Assembly: GCA_965242995.1 (NCBI GenBank) | Contig: CBDETP010000010.1 | Location: 60,458 to 124,457, forward strand | Length of the DNA stretch: 64,000 bases | Direction of reading: 5' to 3' | From: Coxiellales bacterium | GTDB taxonomy: Bacteria > Pseudomonadota > Gammaproteobacteria > CBDETP01 | In this document: piece after piece, positions 10,437-20,908 of the stretch | Layout: the number at the start of each line of letters is the position of its first letter | Position numbering within the stretch: the first letter of the stretch is position 1 | The notes under the pieces: model-generated | Seen by the model: only the letters and a program-made list of their open reading frames with translations | Told to the model about the DNA's origin: nothing | Databases searched by the model: none | Program-made: the position numbers and the translations under genes

Positions 10437-12335
10437 ATGGCAAAAGATAACAAACAATACGGCGCAGAAAATATTGAAGTCCTCAGCGGACTCGATCCGG
10501 TTAGACGTCGCCCTGGCATGTATACTGACACTACACGCCCTAACCACCTGGCGCGCGAGGTCATTGACAACAGTGTGGATGAAGCTATTGCCGGCTATGC
10601 TGGTCATATTTCAGTAACACTCTATAAGGATGGCTCACTTTCTGTCACCGACAATGGTCGCGGTATGCCAACGGACATTCACCCTAAAGAAAAAGTTAGT
10701 GGCGTTGAACTTATTTTAACGCGCTTGCACGCGGGTGCTAAATTTTCAAATAAGAGCTATCAATTTTCAGGTGGTCTACACGGAGTTGGTATCTCTGTTG
10801 TTAACGCGCTGTCGACCAAGCTCATTGTTGATGTCAAAAAGAGCGGCAAAACTCACAGCATGGAATTTGCCAGTGGCCATAAAGCCAGCAAGCTAAAAGC
10901 AACTGGTAAAATCCCCAAAGATGAGACCGGCACAACGGTTCGATTTTGGCCTGATGCCCAGTATTTCGAGCACATTAACTTTTCTATTTCACAGCTCAAA
11001 CACACCCCTTCGCGCTAAAGCTGTATTATGTCCTGGCCTTGAAATTGAGTTTTTTGATGAAAAAAGCAAAGAGCACTGCAAGTGGCATTATGTTGATGGC
11101 CTTAAAGGTTACCTGCTCGACAGCTTAGTTGACTGTGAACGCTTACCTGCTGAGCCATTTGAAGGCTCGCTAAAAGAAGAAACTAAGTCAGTTGACTGGG
11201 CCTTGGTTTGGTTGCCCGAAGACAGCTGCCAAATCAGTGAAAGTTACGTTAATCTTATTCCAACCACGCAGGGCGGCGTCCATGTCAATGGTCTGCGCAC
11301 TGGCCTGCTAGATGCTATGCGGCAATTTTGTGATATGCACAAGCTGATTCCAAGGGGCGTTTAAACTCACCGCGGACGATCTTTGGGATCAGTGTAATTT
11401 TGTTTTATCCGTAAAAAATGCAAGATCCTCAATTTGCCGGACAAACCAAAGAACGCCTATCATCACGAGAATGTGCAGCTTTTGTCTCTGGTGCAATTAA
11501 AGATGCCTTTAGCTTGTGGTTAAACAAGCACGTTGATGAAGGCACAAAACTCGCCGAACTTGCTATTGATAATGCGCAAAAACGCCAACGTATCAGTAAG
11601 AAAGTGGCTCGTAAAAAAATCACCCAAGGCCCTGCATTACCCGGAAAATTATCCGACTGCTCAGTTCAAGATCCTAAGCAGTGTGAGATATTTTTAGTTG
11701 AAGGTGATTCTGCAGGTGGCTCGGCTAAGCAAGCACGTGATCGTAAATTCCAAGCGATTATGCCGCTACGCGGGAAAATTTTAAATACCTGGGAAGTCGA
11801 TTCCGAACAAGTACTCGCATCCAAAGAAGTTCATGACATTGCTATTGCTATGGGTGTTGATCCAAACTCACACCAACTTGATGACTTACGTTATCATAAA
11901 ATTTGTATATTAGCCGATGCCGATTCTGATGGCTTACACATTGCCACCCTACTTTGCGCCTTATTTTTACGACATTTTCGTGATGTGGTTGCTGCTGGGC
12001 ACATTTATGTCGCCATGCCGCCGTTATATCGAATTGATGTCGGTCAAGATGTTTATTATGCGCTGGATGACGATGAAAAAAATAGTGTCTTAGCGCGCAT
12101 CGAAAAAGAAAAGAAAAAAGGCACTGTCAATGTACAGCGCTTTAAAGGCTTAGGTGAAATGAACCCAAGTCAATTGCGTGAAACGACCATTAATCCTGAC
12201 ACGCGTCGCCTAGTGCAGCTGACCATTGATCAAAGCAATGATAATTTTAAAATCATGGATTTATTGCTCGCAAAAAAACGTGCTAAAGATCGTCGCGAGT
12301 GGCTTGAGGAAAAAGGTGACTTAGCCGAAGGCTAG
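10437..12335 (+). CDS. parE: DNA topoisomerase IV subunit B, split by three +1 frameshifts (probable sequence errors)
   Basis: VRRRPGMYTD, EVIDNSVDE, FSGGLHGVG, QFAGQTKE, VEGDSAGGS, DADSDG, RFKGLGEM across fragments; extra base in homopolymers near 11007, 11361 and 11417. Confidence 0.93.
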
Positions 12336-12366
12336 TCTCAATCATCATAAAAAAAGGAGTTTAGCA

Positions 12367-12708
12367 ATGGCTGATTCAAATATTTTACTCTCAACCCAAG
12401 GGCAGCTAAGTGATTACAAAATCACAAAAACACTGGGCCTTGTCCGAGGCAACACAGTGCGCAGCCGTAATGTCGGTCGTAATTTTTTAGCGAATCTAAA
12501 AACAGTTCTTGGTGGCGAAGTGCGTGAGTGGACAAAAGCAATTGAAGAATCTCGCGACCAAGCCATTGAGCGACTAATTGAACACGCTCAAGAAATGGGT
12601 GCTGACGCTGTTGTTGGATTGCGATTTATTACCACCGAAGTTGGGGCCAACGGATCAGCATCCGAGATTCTCGCTTATGGCACTGCTGTAAAAATAACTA
12701 AGTCGTGA
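12367..12708 (+). CDS. YbjQ/UPF0145 family protein
   Basis: GLVRGNTVRSRN..GGE...GADAVVGLRF...AYGTAV; AGGAG SD. Confidence 0.9.
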   Translation: MADSNILLSTQGQLSDYKITKTLGLVRGNTVRSRNVGRNFLANLKTVLGGEVREWTKAIEESRDQAIERLIEHAQEMGADAVVGLRFITTEVGANGSASEILAYGTAVKITKS

Positions 12709-12718
12709 AAGTAGTTTA

Positions 12719-13675
12719 TTAACGACAAGTGATTTCCACACACTCTTGCTGCCTTTCCTCAACTTGAAAAGCGCCGAGCTTTTCACCCACATCTGCCCAT
12801 AAACTATCAGCAGCAATTTCACCACTGAAGGTGTCTGTAATGCGTTCCAATGCTTTTTCGAATTTAACTCTTTCTACATCTTTTCCTGAACTAACCGACG
12901 GCTCATTTACAGCAAGCACGTGCGCGTAACACAGGACATAGAAAAGAGCTAAACTAGCTTTACGGTCACGACTTTCAACAAGAGTCACTGCAACATTCAT
13001 TTCCTCTAGTAATATTGATTTTAAAAAATTTTTCACATCTTCCTTCTCAAGAAAATCCCCTAAAGGACAAGAGGCGTCTTTGCTCAAAATAAAACTCTTA
13101 AGCAAAACATCAAGTCCTTGCTCACTATCACGCACCTTCTTATTAAACTTACTTAGTCTAAATTTTAGCAATTCGTTAGGTTGCATTTTACAAAAGGCTA
13201 CCTGTTCTTTGCTATAAAAATCATTGCCGTTTTCACTCTTCAGATTATTTAGCTCAAACAAAAGGCTATCTTTCTCACGTTTCATCACACGATGCTTGTA
13301 TAGACTATAAGAAAAAGCTGCTAAAAGTGTGACACCAACAGCCGCGCACAACCCATATTCAATATTGCGCTCTTCATCAGTTCTACTGCCTTCAGTCTCT
13401 TCAAGATACGCACTATGATTAGCAAAGCGTCCATCGTATGTCAAACTCGAATGGCCCGAGATAAATCTCCAAACCTGGTCTAGCAATGCATAAAATTCGC
13501 TCTTATTAGCAATACAAAGGGCAGCACTTACTGCCAATCCAATAAATAAAGTCGCGCTTGTTAAAATACCAATCGACTTGACTGTAATTTTTAAAGGCTT
13601 CTTGACGTCACAGCTTTTTTTCTCAGGTTGCTCGAAAAGAGGCTTTCTCAAATTAGCAGCTTCACTCTCACTCAT
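12719..13675 (-). CDS. Hypothetical protein with two TM segments, effector-like
   Basis: Long ORF, two hydrophobic helices, charged helical C-terminal part; no family recognised; start uncertain (13675 or 13723). Confidence 0.6.
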   Translation of the reverse strand: MSESEAANLRKPLFEQPEKKSCDVKKPLKITVKSIGILTSATLFIGLAVSAALCIANKSEFYALLDQVWRFISGHSSLTYDGRFANHSAYLEETEGSRTDEERNIEYGLCAAVGVTLLAAFSYSLYKHRVMKREKDSLLFELNNLKSENGNDFYSKEQVAFCKMQPNELLKFRLSKFNKKVRDSEQGLDVLLKSFILSKDASCPLGDFLEKEDVKNFLKSILLEEMNVAVTLVESRDRKASLALFYVLCYAHVLAVNEPSVSSGKDVERVKFEKALERITDTFSGEIAADSLWADVGEKLGAFQVEERQQECVEITCR

Positions 13676-14135
13676 TCCATTTCTCAAACTTAACCCCTTA
13701 TTATAAATAAAAAAACATGACAAAAGATATCAATAAAAAAACAAAACAGCAATAAATTAAAGATTTTTTATTAAAATTATCACTGTTGTGCGCCAATAGA
13801 CTACAAACAAGCAAGCAATATTAACCAAAAGTCAACTTGCTTTACTCTTAATAAAGTATTGCACCTATGGCAGGCAAAAATAAGAACACAAAAAAAACAG
13901 CTTCGTGTAAAAAAACACCATATTAGAGATACCGCATCATTGTTTTTATAAAAAACTAATCGATTTAAAACTTAGGAAAATAAAAAAAATGATTTTATTT
14001 AAAAAAACCAAAGGAAGAGAAACTGTTAGTAGCCACCCGGATAAAGTAAATAATACAACTCAATTAATGAAAATGAGTAACATCGAACAAAGCACCTAAC
14101 TTAACTAGGGCAATAAAAATGTTAGCATGGATGGC

Positions 14136-14549
14136 TTAGCTTGTCGCTTTAGACTGAGACCTTAAAACCACACCACCGATAACCGCAACCACAGCACACA
14201 ACACCATCCCCCAAAGACAATCAGTTATGACAATATAGGCGGGCCAGCGTATCAAAATCGCAGCATTTGTTAAGCTGTACACGCCATAACTTGCAAAGCC
14301 AAAAGCTGCGCCATAATACAAATTCTCTTTAAAGCTTGTTTTATTTCTAACTGCAAAAAAATAAGTAGCACCAATTAATAAGATATAAACTAAAACTGCT
14401 GGGACTATACGCACTTGATTGCTTGTTGAAAAAATCAAAATATCTGAAATATGACTTTTATAAGCCTTTAAAACAAAAAACTGTATCCACAAAGTATCAA
14501 TAACTAAAAAAACCAACGTCATGACGGCTAAGACTTTAATTGTTTTCAT
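14136..14549 (-). CDS. DUF2177-like membrane protein
   Basis: D..WI, YGVYSLTN.A...WP.....D..WG pattern. Confidence 0.75.
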   Translation of the reverse strand: MKTIKVLAVMTLVFLVIDTLWIQFFVLKAYKSHISDILIFSTSNQVRIVPAVLVYILLIGATYFFAVRNKTSFKENLYYGAAFGFASYGVYSLTNAAILIRWPAYIVITDCLWGMVLCAVVAVIGGVVLRSQSKATS

Positions 14550-15318
14550 TTTCACTAACCTTCCTTTTCCATGGAACAATATAAGAGACTTCTTGTTGGT
14601 ACTGACGAAACACATCACCATGCTTAGTTAATGAATGTTTTTCAGTAATAGGCCCTGTAAGCCGACTTACAATTAAAATGATGGTAACTGGCGATATGAC
14701 AGCAACAATCGCCAATGGCTGATTCAAGCAGGCAATAAAAAAGCCAACCCACACCAGGCACTCAAAAAACAAATTAGGGTGTCTCGAATACTTCCACCAT
14801 GAACGCTGACATAAACCATCTTGACCATCATCCTTAAAGTTTTGTAGTACTTGATCGCAATAGGCCTCAAACAAAATACCGATCAACACTAAAACCAAAC
14901 CTACGTTTTGCCACCAAAAAACATGCCTAGTCTGAAACAAAAAATAAAAAGATAAACTGATAACAAAAACTAAAAGGCCTTGAACCAAGCAATTCTTCAA
15001 CTGAAAAAGAACAGGATTATTTGACCCCTTTGCCATCACTTCATAACGAGGATCATGATTTTTTGGCAGAACACGATATATCAATAAAAAACCAGCCAGC
15101 CTTGCCGACCAAAGAACAACCAGCGCCAAGGCAATTAAATTGAAAAAATTAAAACTTCCCGTATGAAAAAAATAAATTATTGCCGCCAAGAAAAAGCCAC
15201 CCGCCCAAAAAACATCGACAACACCCATATTCTTTGAGGCATTGTAGACTGCAACGGCAATTAGCATCCAAGCCATTAAAACAATCAAAACAACCAATAC
15301 TATCATATAAATCAACAT
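14536..15318 (-). CDS. DUF1295 family (steroid 5-alpha-reductase-like) membrane protein
   Basis: VDVFW, WSARL, DPRY, WKYSRHPNLFFE. Confidence 0.88.
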   Translation of the reverse strand: MLIYMIVLVVLIVLMAWMLIAVAVYNASKNMGVVDVFWAGGFFLAAIIYFFHTGSFNFFNLIALALVVLWSARLAGFLLIYRVLPKNHDPRYEVMAKGSNNPVLFQLKNCLVQGLLVFVISLSFYFLFQTRHVFWWQNVGLVLVLIGILFEAYCDQVLQNFKDDGQDGLCQRSWWKYSRHPNLFFECLVWVGFFIACLNQPLAIVAVISPVTIILIVSRLTGPITEKHSLTKHGDVFRQYQQEVSYIVPWKRKVSENENN

Positions 15319-15367
15319 CCTGTTTTTTTATAAAGAGACAAAAAAAATCCACAAAATCATTATTTAA

Positions 15368-15904
15368 TTACAACACACCCATCTCAAGTTGCGCCGCCTC
15401 TGACATCATGCTGCGGTCCCACGGGGGGTCAAACACTAACTCAACTTCAACTTTTTCAACCTCAGGGATCAATTCAACCCGAGACTGAGCATCATCAACA
15501 ATAACCGGCCCCATACCACACCCTGCCGCCGTCAATGTCATGACAACTTTAACAGCAAACTGGCCTTTTCCTAAAGGAGTTGCCTGGCACTCATAAATCA
15601 AACCTAAATCGACAATATTCACTGGAATTTCAGGGTCAAAAACCAATTTTAATTGCGCCCAAACTTTATCATCTATGCTTGCATCAGCTGGAAAATCAGC
15701 CAGTACATTTAGGGTTTCTTTACCTAAGGCATCGGCGTCACGCCCTGAAATTCTTGCCAAATTACCATAAACATTCACAGTAAAGCTATTACCCAAAGCT
15801 TGGGTGATCATTAATTCTGTGCCTTCTTGCAAGACAATGCGTGCACCCTGTGGCACCATCATTGCTACACAATCTCGAGTTAACTGTACAAATTCTTCTG
15901 GCAT
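15368..15904 (-). CDS. sufT: Fe-S assembly protein SufT (DUF59)
   Basis: DPEIPVNIVDLGLIY, MTLTAAGCGMG, FDPPW..MMSEAA. Confidence 0.93.
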   Translation of the reverse strand: MPEEFVQLTRDCVAMMVPQGARIVLQEGTELMITQALGNSFTVNVYGNLARISGRDADALGKETLNVLADFPADASIDDKVWAQLKLVFDPEIPVNIVDLGLIYECQATPLGKGQFAVKVVMTLTAAGCGMGPVIVDDAQSRVELIPEVEKVEVELVFDPPWDRSMMSEAAQLEMGVL

Positions 15905-16264
15905 TTATTCCTCATCCTCAGTTAAATTAAAACTCTCACCACAACCACATAAAGAGACCGCTCTCGGGTTTTTAAATACCAAACGATTCTGCCCTAAAGA
16001 CTCTTGAACAAAATCCACCTCAGTGCCATTAATTAATTCAACACATGCTTTATCAACAAAAACACGCAAACCACCCTCAACAAGCACCTCAACATTTTTA
16101 TCTGACAGCTCCGTAATAATGCTGGGCTGATACATATAGCCTGAGCAGCCTGTTTTTTTAATTGACAAACGAAACCCTAGTGGTGCTTCATGGCCTTGCA
16201 TGATTGTTTGAACATGCGCAATGGCTTTTGTAGAAAACACCAACTGTGGCAATAGCTCACTCAT
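15905..16264 (-). CDS. sufA: A-type Fe-S carrier (SufA/IscA/HesB)
   Basis: GCSGYMY and CGCGESF motifs; start MSELL at 16264. Confidence 0.92.
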   Translation of the reverse strand: MSELLPQLVFSTKAIAHVQTIMQGHEAPLGFRLSIKKTGCSGYMYQPSIITELSDKNVEVLVEGGLRVFVDKACVELINGTEVDFVQESLGQNRLVFKNPRAVSLCGCGESFNLTEDEE

Positions 16265-17060
16265 GAGCCGCCCCCACAAGCACGACTTGCATAGCCGCCA
16301 ATAAAGCTTGTGGCTGCTCAATTTGGCTTGAGTGTCCACCGGGAATCCATTGAATTTTACTATCAGCAATTGCTGCTGCCATTTTTTTCGAGTTCTCTGG
16401 CAAGACCATTAAATCTTCTTGCGAAATAATAACATTCGTTGGGACGCTAATCTTTGCTAGTTCATTTTGCAAATTAAAAGTCATAATTACATTGGCCTGG
16501 CGAGCTAAACCACTAAGCGATAATGTTTCTGCTCTTGCAAAAACGGATTGTCGATATTGCTCAACGTAGGCTGAATTTTGCAAAAAATCTCGGCCAAATA
16601 GCCATGGTAAACAAACATCAATAATAATACTCAGCGAGACATTGGCTTGGTGCAACTGCATCACAGCCTGTAGCATTTTTTTTGCGGTAATAGACCAACT
16701 CGCTGCCGTATTGACTAAGAGTAATTGCTTAATATCATCAGATCGCTCAACAGCCATGGCCTGCGCGATTGCGCCACCCATGGACACACCAGCAATAATG
16801 GGGTTTTGTAAGCCTAACGCATCAATTAGCCCCCAAATATTATTAGCCATCTCATTCGCTGTTAACGGCCCACCATCATCTTGTGTTTTCCCAACGCCTT
16901 GGTTATCAAAAACCAACACTTGAAACCGCTCAACTAAAACAGGCAGTAACATATCCCAAGCAGTATAATCGCGCGAATAACCGGAAACCAACACTAACGG
17001 CTGTCCTTGACCTTCAAGCCGGTATGCGAATTCAACACCATTCACTTTGACTTTATTCAT
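16257..17060 (-). CDS. Alpha/beta-fold hydrolase
   Basis: FDNQGVG, nucleophile elbow GVSMGG, EDLMV, GGHSSQIEQP; start MNKVK at 17060. Confidence 0.9.
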   Translation of the reverse strand: MNKVKVNGVEFAYRLEGQGQPLVLVSGYSRDYTAWDMLLPVLVERFQVLVFDNQGVGKTQDDGGPLTANEMANNIWGLIDALGLQNPIIAGVSMGGAIAQAMAVERSDDIKQLLLVNTAASWSITAKKMLQAVMQLHQANVSLSIIIDVCLPWLFGRDFLQNSAYVEQYRQSVFARAETLSLSGLARQANVIMTFNLQNELAKISVPTNVIISQEDLMVLPENSKKMAAAIADSKIQWIPGGHSSQIEQPQALLAAMQVVLVGAAHE

Positions 17061-17079
17061 GATACAGCCCCCCCAACAA

Positions 17080-17526
17080 TTATTCAGTACATGCCGCTTT
17101 TGTTTGCCCAAGTAAAGCACCTTTTAAGGCATGCCATGCTAGTGTTGCACACTTTACCCGTGCTGGATAGACCGCCACTCCGGCCAGCACGGCCAACTTG
17201 CCCAGGCCCGCCAACTGCTGATCCTTGGCGTCCGTCACTGCAGCATGAAAACGATCAAACAACGCCAACACCTCACCAATTGGTTTGCCTTTGATTGCCT
17301 GGCTCATTAGCGAGCTTGATGCAACTGAGATGGCACAACCACACCCATCGAACTTAACTTCTTTAATAACATTATTTTCTATTATTAAATATACCGTTAA
17401 TTGATCACCGCACAATGGATTAACGCCCTGTTGTTGGTGTGTTGCATCTTCCAGCTGACCAAAATTACGAGGCCTACGCCCATGATCGATAATAACTTCT
17501 TGATATAAATTTTGCAGATCTGTCAT
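17080..17526 (-). CDS. sufU: SUF-type NifU/IscU-like scaffold/sulfurtransferase
   Basis: LYQEVIIDH, NPLCGD, GCAISVAS, RVKCATLAW. Confidence 0.94.
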   Translation of the reverse strand: MTDLQNLYQEVIIDHGRRPRNFGQLEDATHQQQGVNPLCGDQLTVYLIIENNVIKEVKFDGCGCAISVASSSLMSQAIKGKPIGEVLALFDRFHAAVTDAKDQQLAGLGKLAVLAGVAVYPARVKCATLAWHALKGALLGQTKAACTE

Positions 17527-18773
17527 TGGACACCACCAAACATTTTGACAACGTGCGACAATGCCGTTATTAATTTATTAATATCATCTTCATTATTATA
17601 TAAGCCAAATGATACCCTGGCTGACGCGGGAATTTTTAATCTTGCCATCAGTGGCATCGCACAATGATGCCCTGCCCGCGCAGCAACACCATAATGATCA
17701 AGGATAGTGCCAATGTCGTGTGGGTGCACACCATCGAGCACAAAAGAAATCACTGCTGATTTCTTTGAACAATCTTTCGGACCTAAAATTCTCAGACCCG
17801 GAATGTTTTGCATTTTTTTTGTAGCACTCTCTAATAAACGATGCTCATATTCGGCAATCTCTGCTAAAGGCCATTGTTGTAAATATAAAATTGCATGATA
17901 TAAACCAATAACCCCAGCAATATTTGGTGTACCTGCTTCAAACTTAAACGGCAATACATTAAATTCGGTTTTTTCAAAACTAACGGTGCGAATCATATCG
18001 CCCCCACCTTGATAAGGTGGCATAGACTGCAGTAATTCTTTTTTACCATATAAAACACCAATCCCTGTTGGTGCATACATTTTATGCCCTGAAAACACAT
18101 AAAAATCACAATCTAACTCAGTCACATCAACCTGAACGTGCGACGTTGCCTGCGCACCATCAATCAAAACTTTAGCTTTTGTACGCTCGCGTATTTCAGC
18201 AATCATTTCCTTCACAGGATTAACTGTGCCTAGCACATTAGAGACATGAGCGAATGAAACCATTTTCACCTTTTCACTTAGCATTTCATTAAAAACTTGC
18301 TGGTCAATAACGCCATCATCAGTAATGGGCGCCACTTTTAAAATCGCACCGGTTTGCTCACACACTAATTGCCAAGGCACAATGTTTGCATGATGCTCCA
18401 TCTCACTAATCAGTATTTCGTCACCTTCCTTTAGATTCTTTAACGCATAACTATGAGAGACTAAATTAATTGCCTCGGTTGCACCACGCACAAAAATAAT
18501 CTCTTCGCGATATCTTGCGGAAATAAATGTTTGCACCAAATCACGTGTTTTTTCGTATTGATCACTCGCCCGCTGACTCAAGGTATGCACACCACGATGA
18601 ATATTGGAATTATCTAATTCATAATATTTTTTAATCGCCTCAATAACCGCTGCTGGTTTTTGTGTCGTTGCGGCACTATCTAAATAAACCAAAGGGTGCT
18701 CATTAACCTGCTGACTTAACACAGGAAAATCTTCTCGCGCTTGACATAAACTTTTTTCTATTACCGCGGCCAT
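17523..18773 (-). CDS. sufS: Cysteine desulfurase
   Basis: YLDSAATTQKP, EHHAN, FSGHKM, RAGHHCA. Confidence 0.96.
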   Translation of the reverse strand: MAAVIEKSLCQAREDFPVLSQQVNEHPLVYLDSAATTQKPAAVIEAIKKYYELDNSNIHRGVHTLSQRASDQYEKTRDLVQTFISARYREEIIFVRGATEAINLVSHSYALKNLKEGDEILISEMEHHANIVPWQLVCEQTGAILKVAPITDDGVIDQQVFNEMLSEKVKMVSFAHVSNVLGTVNPVKEMIAEIRERTKAKVLIDGAQATSHVQVDVTELDCDFYVFSGHKMYAPTGIGVLYGKKELLQSMPPYQGGGDMIRTVSFEKTEFNVLPFKFEAGTPNIAGVIGLYHAILYLQQWPLAEIAEYEHRLLESATKKMQNIPGLRILGPKDCSKKSAVISFVLDGVHPHDIGTILDHYGVAARAGHHCAMPLMARLKIPASARVSFGLYNNEDDINKLITALSHVVKMFGGVQ

Positions 18774-18790
18774 TCTCAGGACTCCTCAAA

Positions 18791-20140
18791 TTAATTTCTT
18801 TGTAAAAGTGCCTCTCTAATTTTTAGCATAATTTCTTTTTCCGCAACCGTCTCTGCATTCATATCCTGCAGAACCTGTTGCTCAACACTAAACAACAACA
18901 TTCTTTCTGCAAGTGGACGAGAAATTCCTCGACTTTGCAAATAAAAAATAGCCGCCTCATCTAAACAACCAACAGTAACACCGTGCGAACACTCAACGTC
19001 TTGCGCATAAATTTCTAACTCAGGCTTTGCATCTACCTGAGCAAAATCATGCAGTAAAATACTATGATTAGCTTGATTTGCAGAAATCTTCTCTACATTT
19101 TTAGGCACGAAAACACGGCCATTAAAAACTGCGTGGGCCGAATTATCAACCAGCGCACGATAATGCTGCTGGCTTTGAGTGTTTGATGCCAAGTGCTCAA
19201 CGGCCACTTGATGATCAATGTGCTGCTTGTTTTCTTGCAATTTCGAAACGCCCAGCAATTGACAACTTGCTTGATTACCGTGTAGTTGTACTTGCAATTC
19301 ATCTCTAGCCAACTTAGCACCTAAAGAAACGGTTAATTGCTTAAACTTCGCGCCTTCAGCAACAGTAACATCGGTCTTAGAAAAATGATAAGCTGAGCTA
19401 TCATCTTGCTGCAAAGTAAAATAACTACAACACGCTTTTTTAGCTAGTGACACCTGCATTACTTGATTTGTAAAATAACAGCCTGCATTTTCACTAATAT
19501 GCTCTTCCAAAATAGCAGCCTTGGATTTTTCTGCCAACAGAATTAAGTGACGCGGATGATGCATTAACTGTTCTTTCTCTTGATGAATAAACAAAAAATG
19601 CAATGGCTTTTCTAAAACAATTTCTTTCGGCACATAAACAAACAATCCATCAGTCATCATGCCTGCATTTAAAGCTGAAAAAGCGGTTGACTGACGATCA
19701 TCTGCTGGCGACTCAACTGACTTGCTCAATGATTTTTCTAACGCATAAGAAACCAAGCCCTTATGTTCTTGCATCGCTTCGGCAAGCGAACAAATCACAA
19801 CACCTTCTGGCAAATCATTCACATGAGAAAGCTCTTTTGACCAAATACCATCAACAAAAACCATGGAATAACTATTTGGTAAAATTGCTTGATGCAAATG
19901 TGCTGTAGAATTTTCAGCGCTTGCTGAATAAATAAAAGGGGTTGCTGCTAAGCCTTGCACTCGCGTATATTTCCAGTTTTCTTTGCGAATAGGTAAGCCC
20001 TGATTAAAAAAAGCCTGCATTGCCTTTTTTTGCAAGCTTAACAAATCATTATTACCATGACATAACCAATAGCCAGAATGTCTATTCTGATCTTGCAAAC
20101 AATTCTTCAGTGTCATTTCTTTTGTTGCCAGCTCGCTCAT
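18791..20140 (-). CDS. sufD: Fe-S assembly protein SufD
   Basis: ENWKYT, VFNGRV, KPELEIYAQDVECSHG, FYLQSRGI. Confidence 0.94.
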   Translation of the reverse strand: MSELATKEMTLKNCLQDQNRHSGYWLCHGNNDLLSLQKKAMQAFFNQGLPIRKENWKYTRVQGLAATPFIYSASAENSTAHLHQAILPNSYSMVFVDGIWSKELSHVNDLPEGVVICSLAEAMQEHKGLVSYALEKSLSKSVESPADDRQSTAFSALNAGMMTDGLFVYVPKEIVLEKPLHFLFIHQEKEQLMHHPRHLILLAEKSKAAILEEHISENAGCYFTNQVMQVSLAKKACCSYFTLQQDDSSAYHFSKTDVTVAEGAKFKQLTVSLGAKLARDELQVQLHGNQASCQLLGVSKLQENKQHIDHQVAVEHLASNTQSQQHYRALVDNSAHAVFNGRVFVPKNVEKISANQANHSILLHDFAQVDAKPELEIYAQDVECSHGVTVGCLDEAAIFYLQSRGISRPLAERMLLFSVEQQVLQDMNAETVAEKEIMLKIREALLQRN

Positions 20141-20898
20141 TCGTTTACCGTCCCTGCTGAATCTGTCACCCAACCATAGCCCTTTTCTTCAAGCTCTTTT
20201 GCTAGGTTTTTATCACCTGATTGAATAATTTTTCCATCTTTTAAAATATGGACAAAATCAGGCTCTATATAATCTAGTAAGCGCTGATAGTGAGTAATAA
20301 CCAACATACTGCGTTTTTCACTGCGCAAACTATTAACGCCTTTCGATATAATTTGCAAAGCATCAATGTCCAGACCAGAATCGGTTTCATCTAAAATAGC
20401 CAATGATGGCTCAAGCAATAACATTTGAAGAATTTCATTTTTCTTTTTCTCACCACCGGAAAAACCTTCATTTAATGAGCGCTGAAAAAAATCCGGGTTC
20501 ATATCAAGCATTGCCGCTTTTTCTTTAATTAGAGCCAAACAATCAAAAGCATCCAACTCATCTAAACCATTATGACGACGCAAACTATTTAATGCGGTTC
20601 TTAAAAAATAGCTGTTATTCACACCTGGAATTTCAACTGGGTATTGAAAGGCTAAAAATATTCCAGCCAATGCACGCTCTTCAGGTGAGAGGGTTAATAA
20701 GTCTTGCCCTTTAAACATGACTTTACCTGACTGAATCGTATAATCATCTCGACCTGCTAGCAACGATGACAACGTGCTTTTACCCGAACCATTTGGCCCC
20801 ATAACAGCATGCACCTCACCCGGATTAATACTTAGACTCAACCCTTTTATAATTGCCTTATCGGCCACACTTGCTTGTAAATTTTCAATTGTTAACAT
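20137..20898 (-). CDS. sufC: Fe-S assembly ATPase SufC
   Basis: GPNGSGKST, FQYPVEIPGV, FSGGEKK, LDETDSGLDID. Confidence 0.97.
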   Translation of the reverse strand: MLTIENLQASVADKAIIKGLSLSINPGEVHAVMGPNGSGKSTLSSLLAGRDDYTIQSGKVMFKGQDLLTLSPEERALAGIFLAFQYPVEIPGVNNSYFLRTALNSLRRHNGLDELDAFDCLALIKEKAAMLDMNPDFFQRSLNEGFSGGEKKKNEILQMLLLEPSLAILDETDSGLDIDALQIISKGVNSLRSEKRSMLVITHYQRLLDYIEPDFVHILKDGKIIQSGDKNLAKELEEKGYGWVTDSAGTVNE

Positions 20899-20908
20899 AT
20901 TTTCCCCC

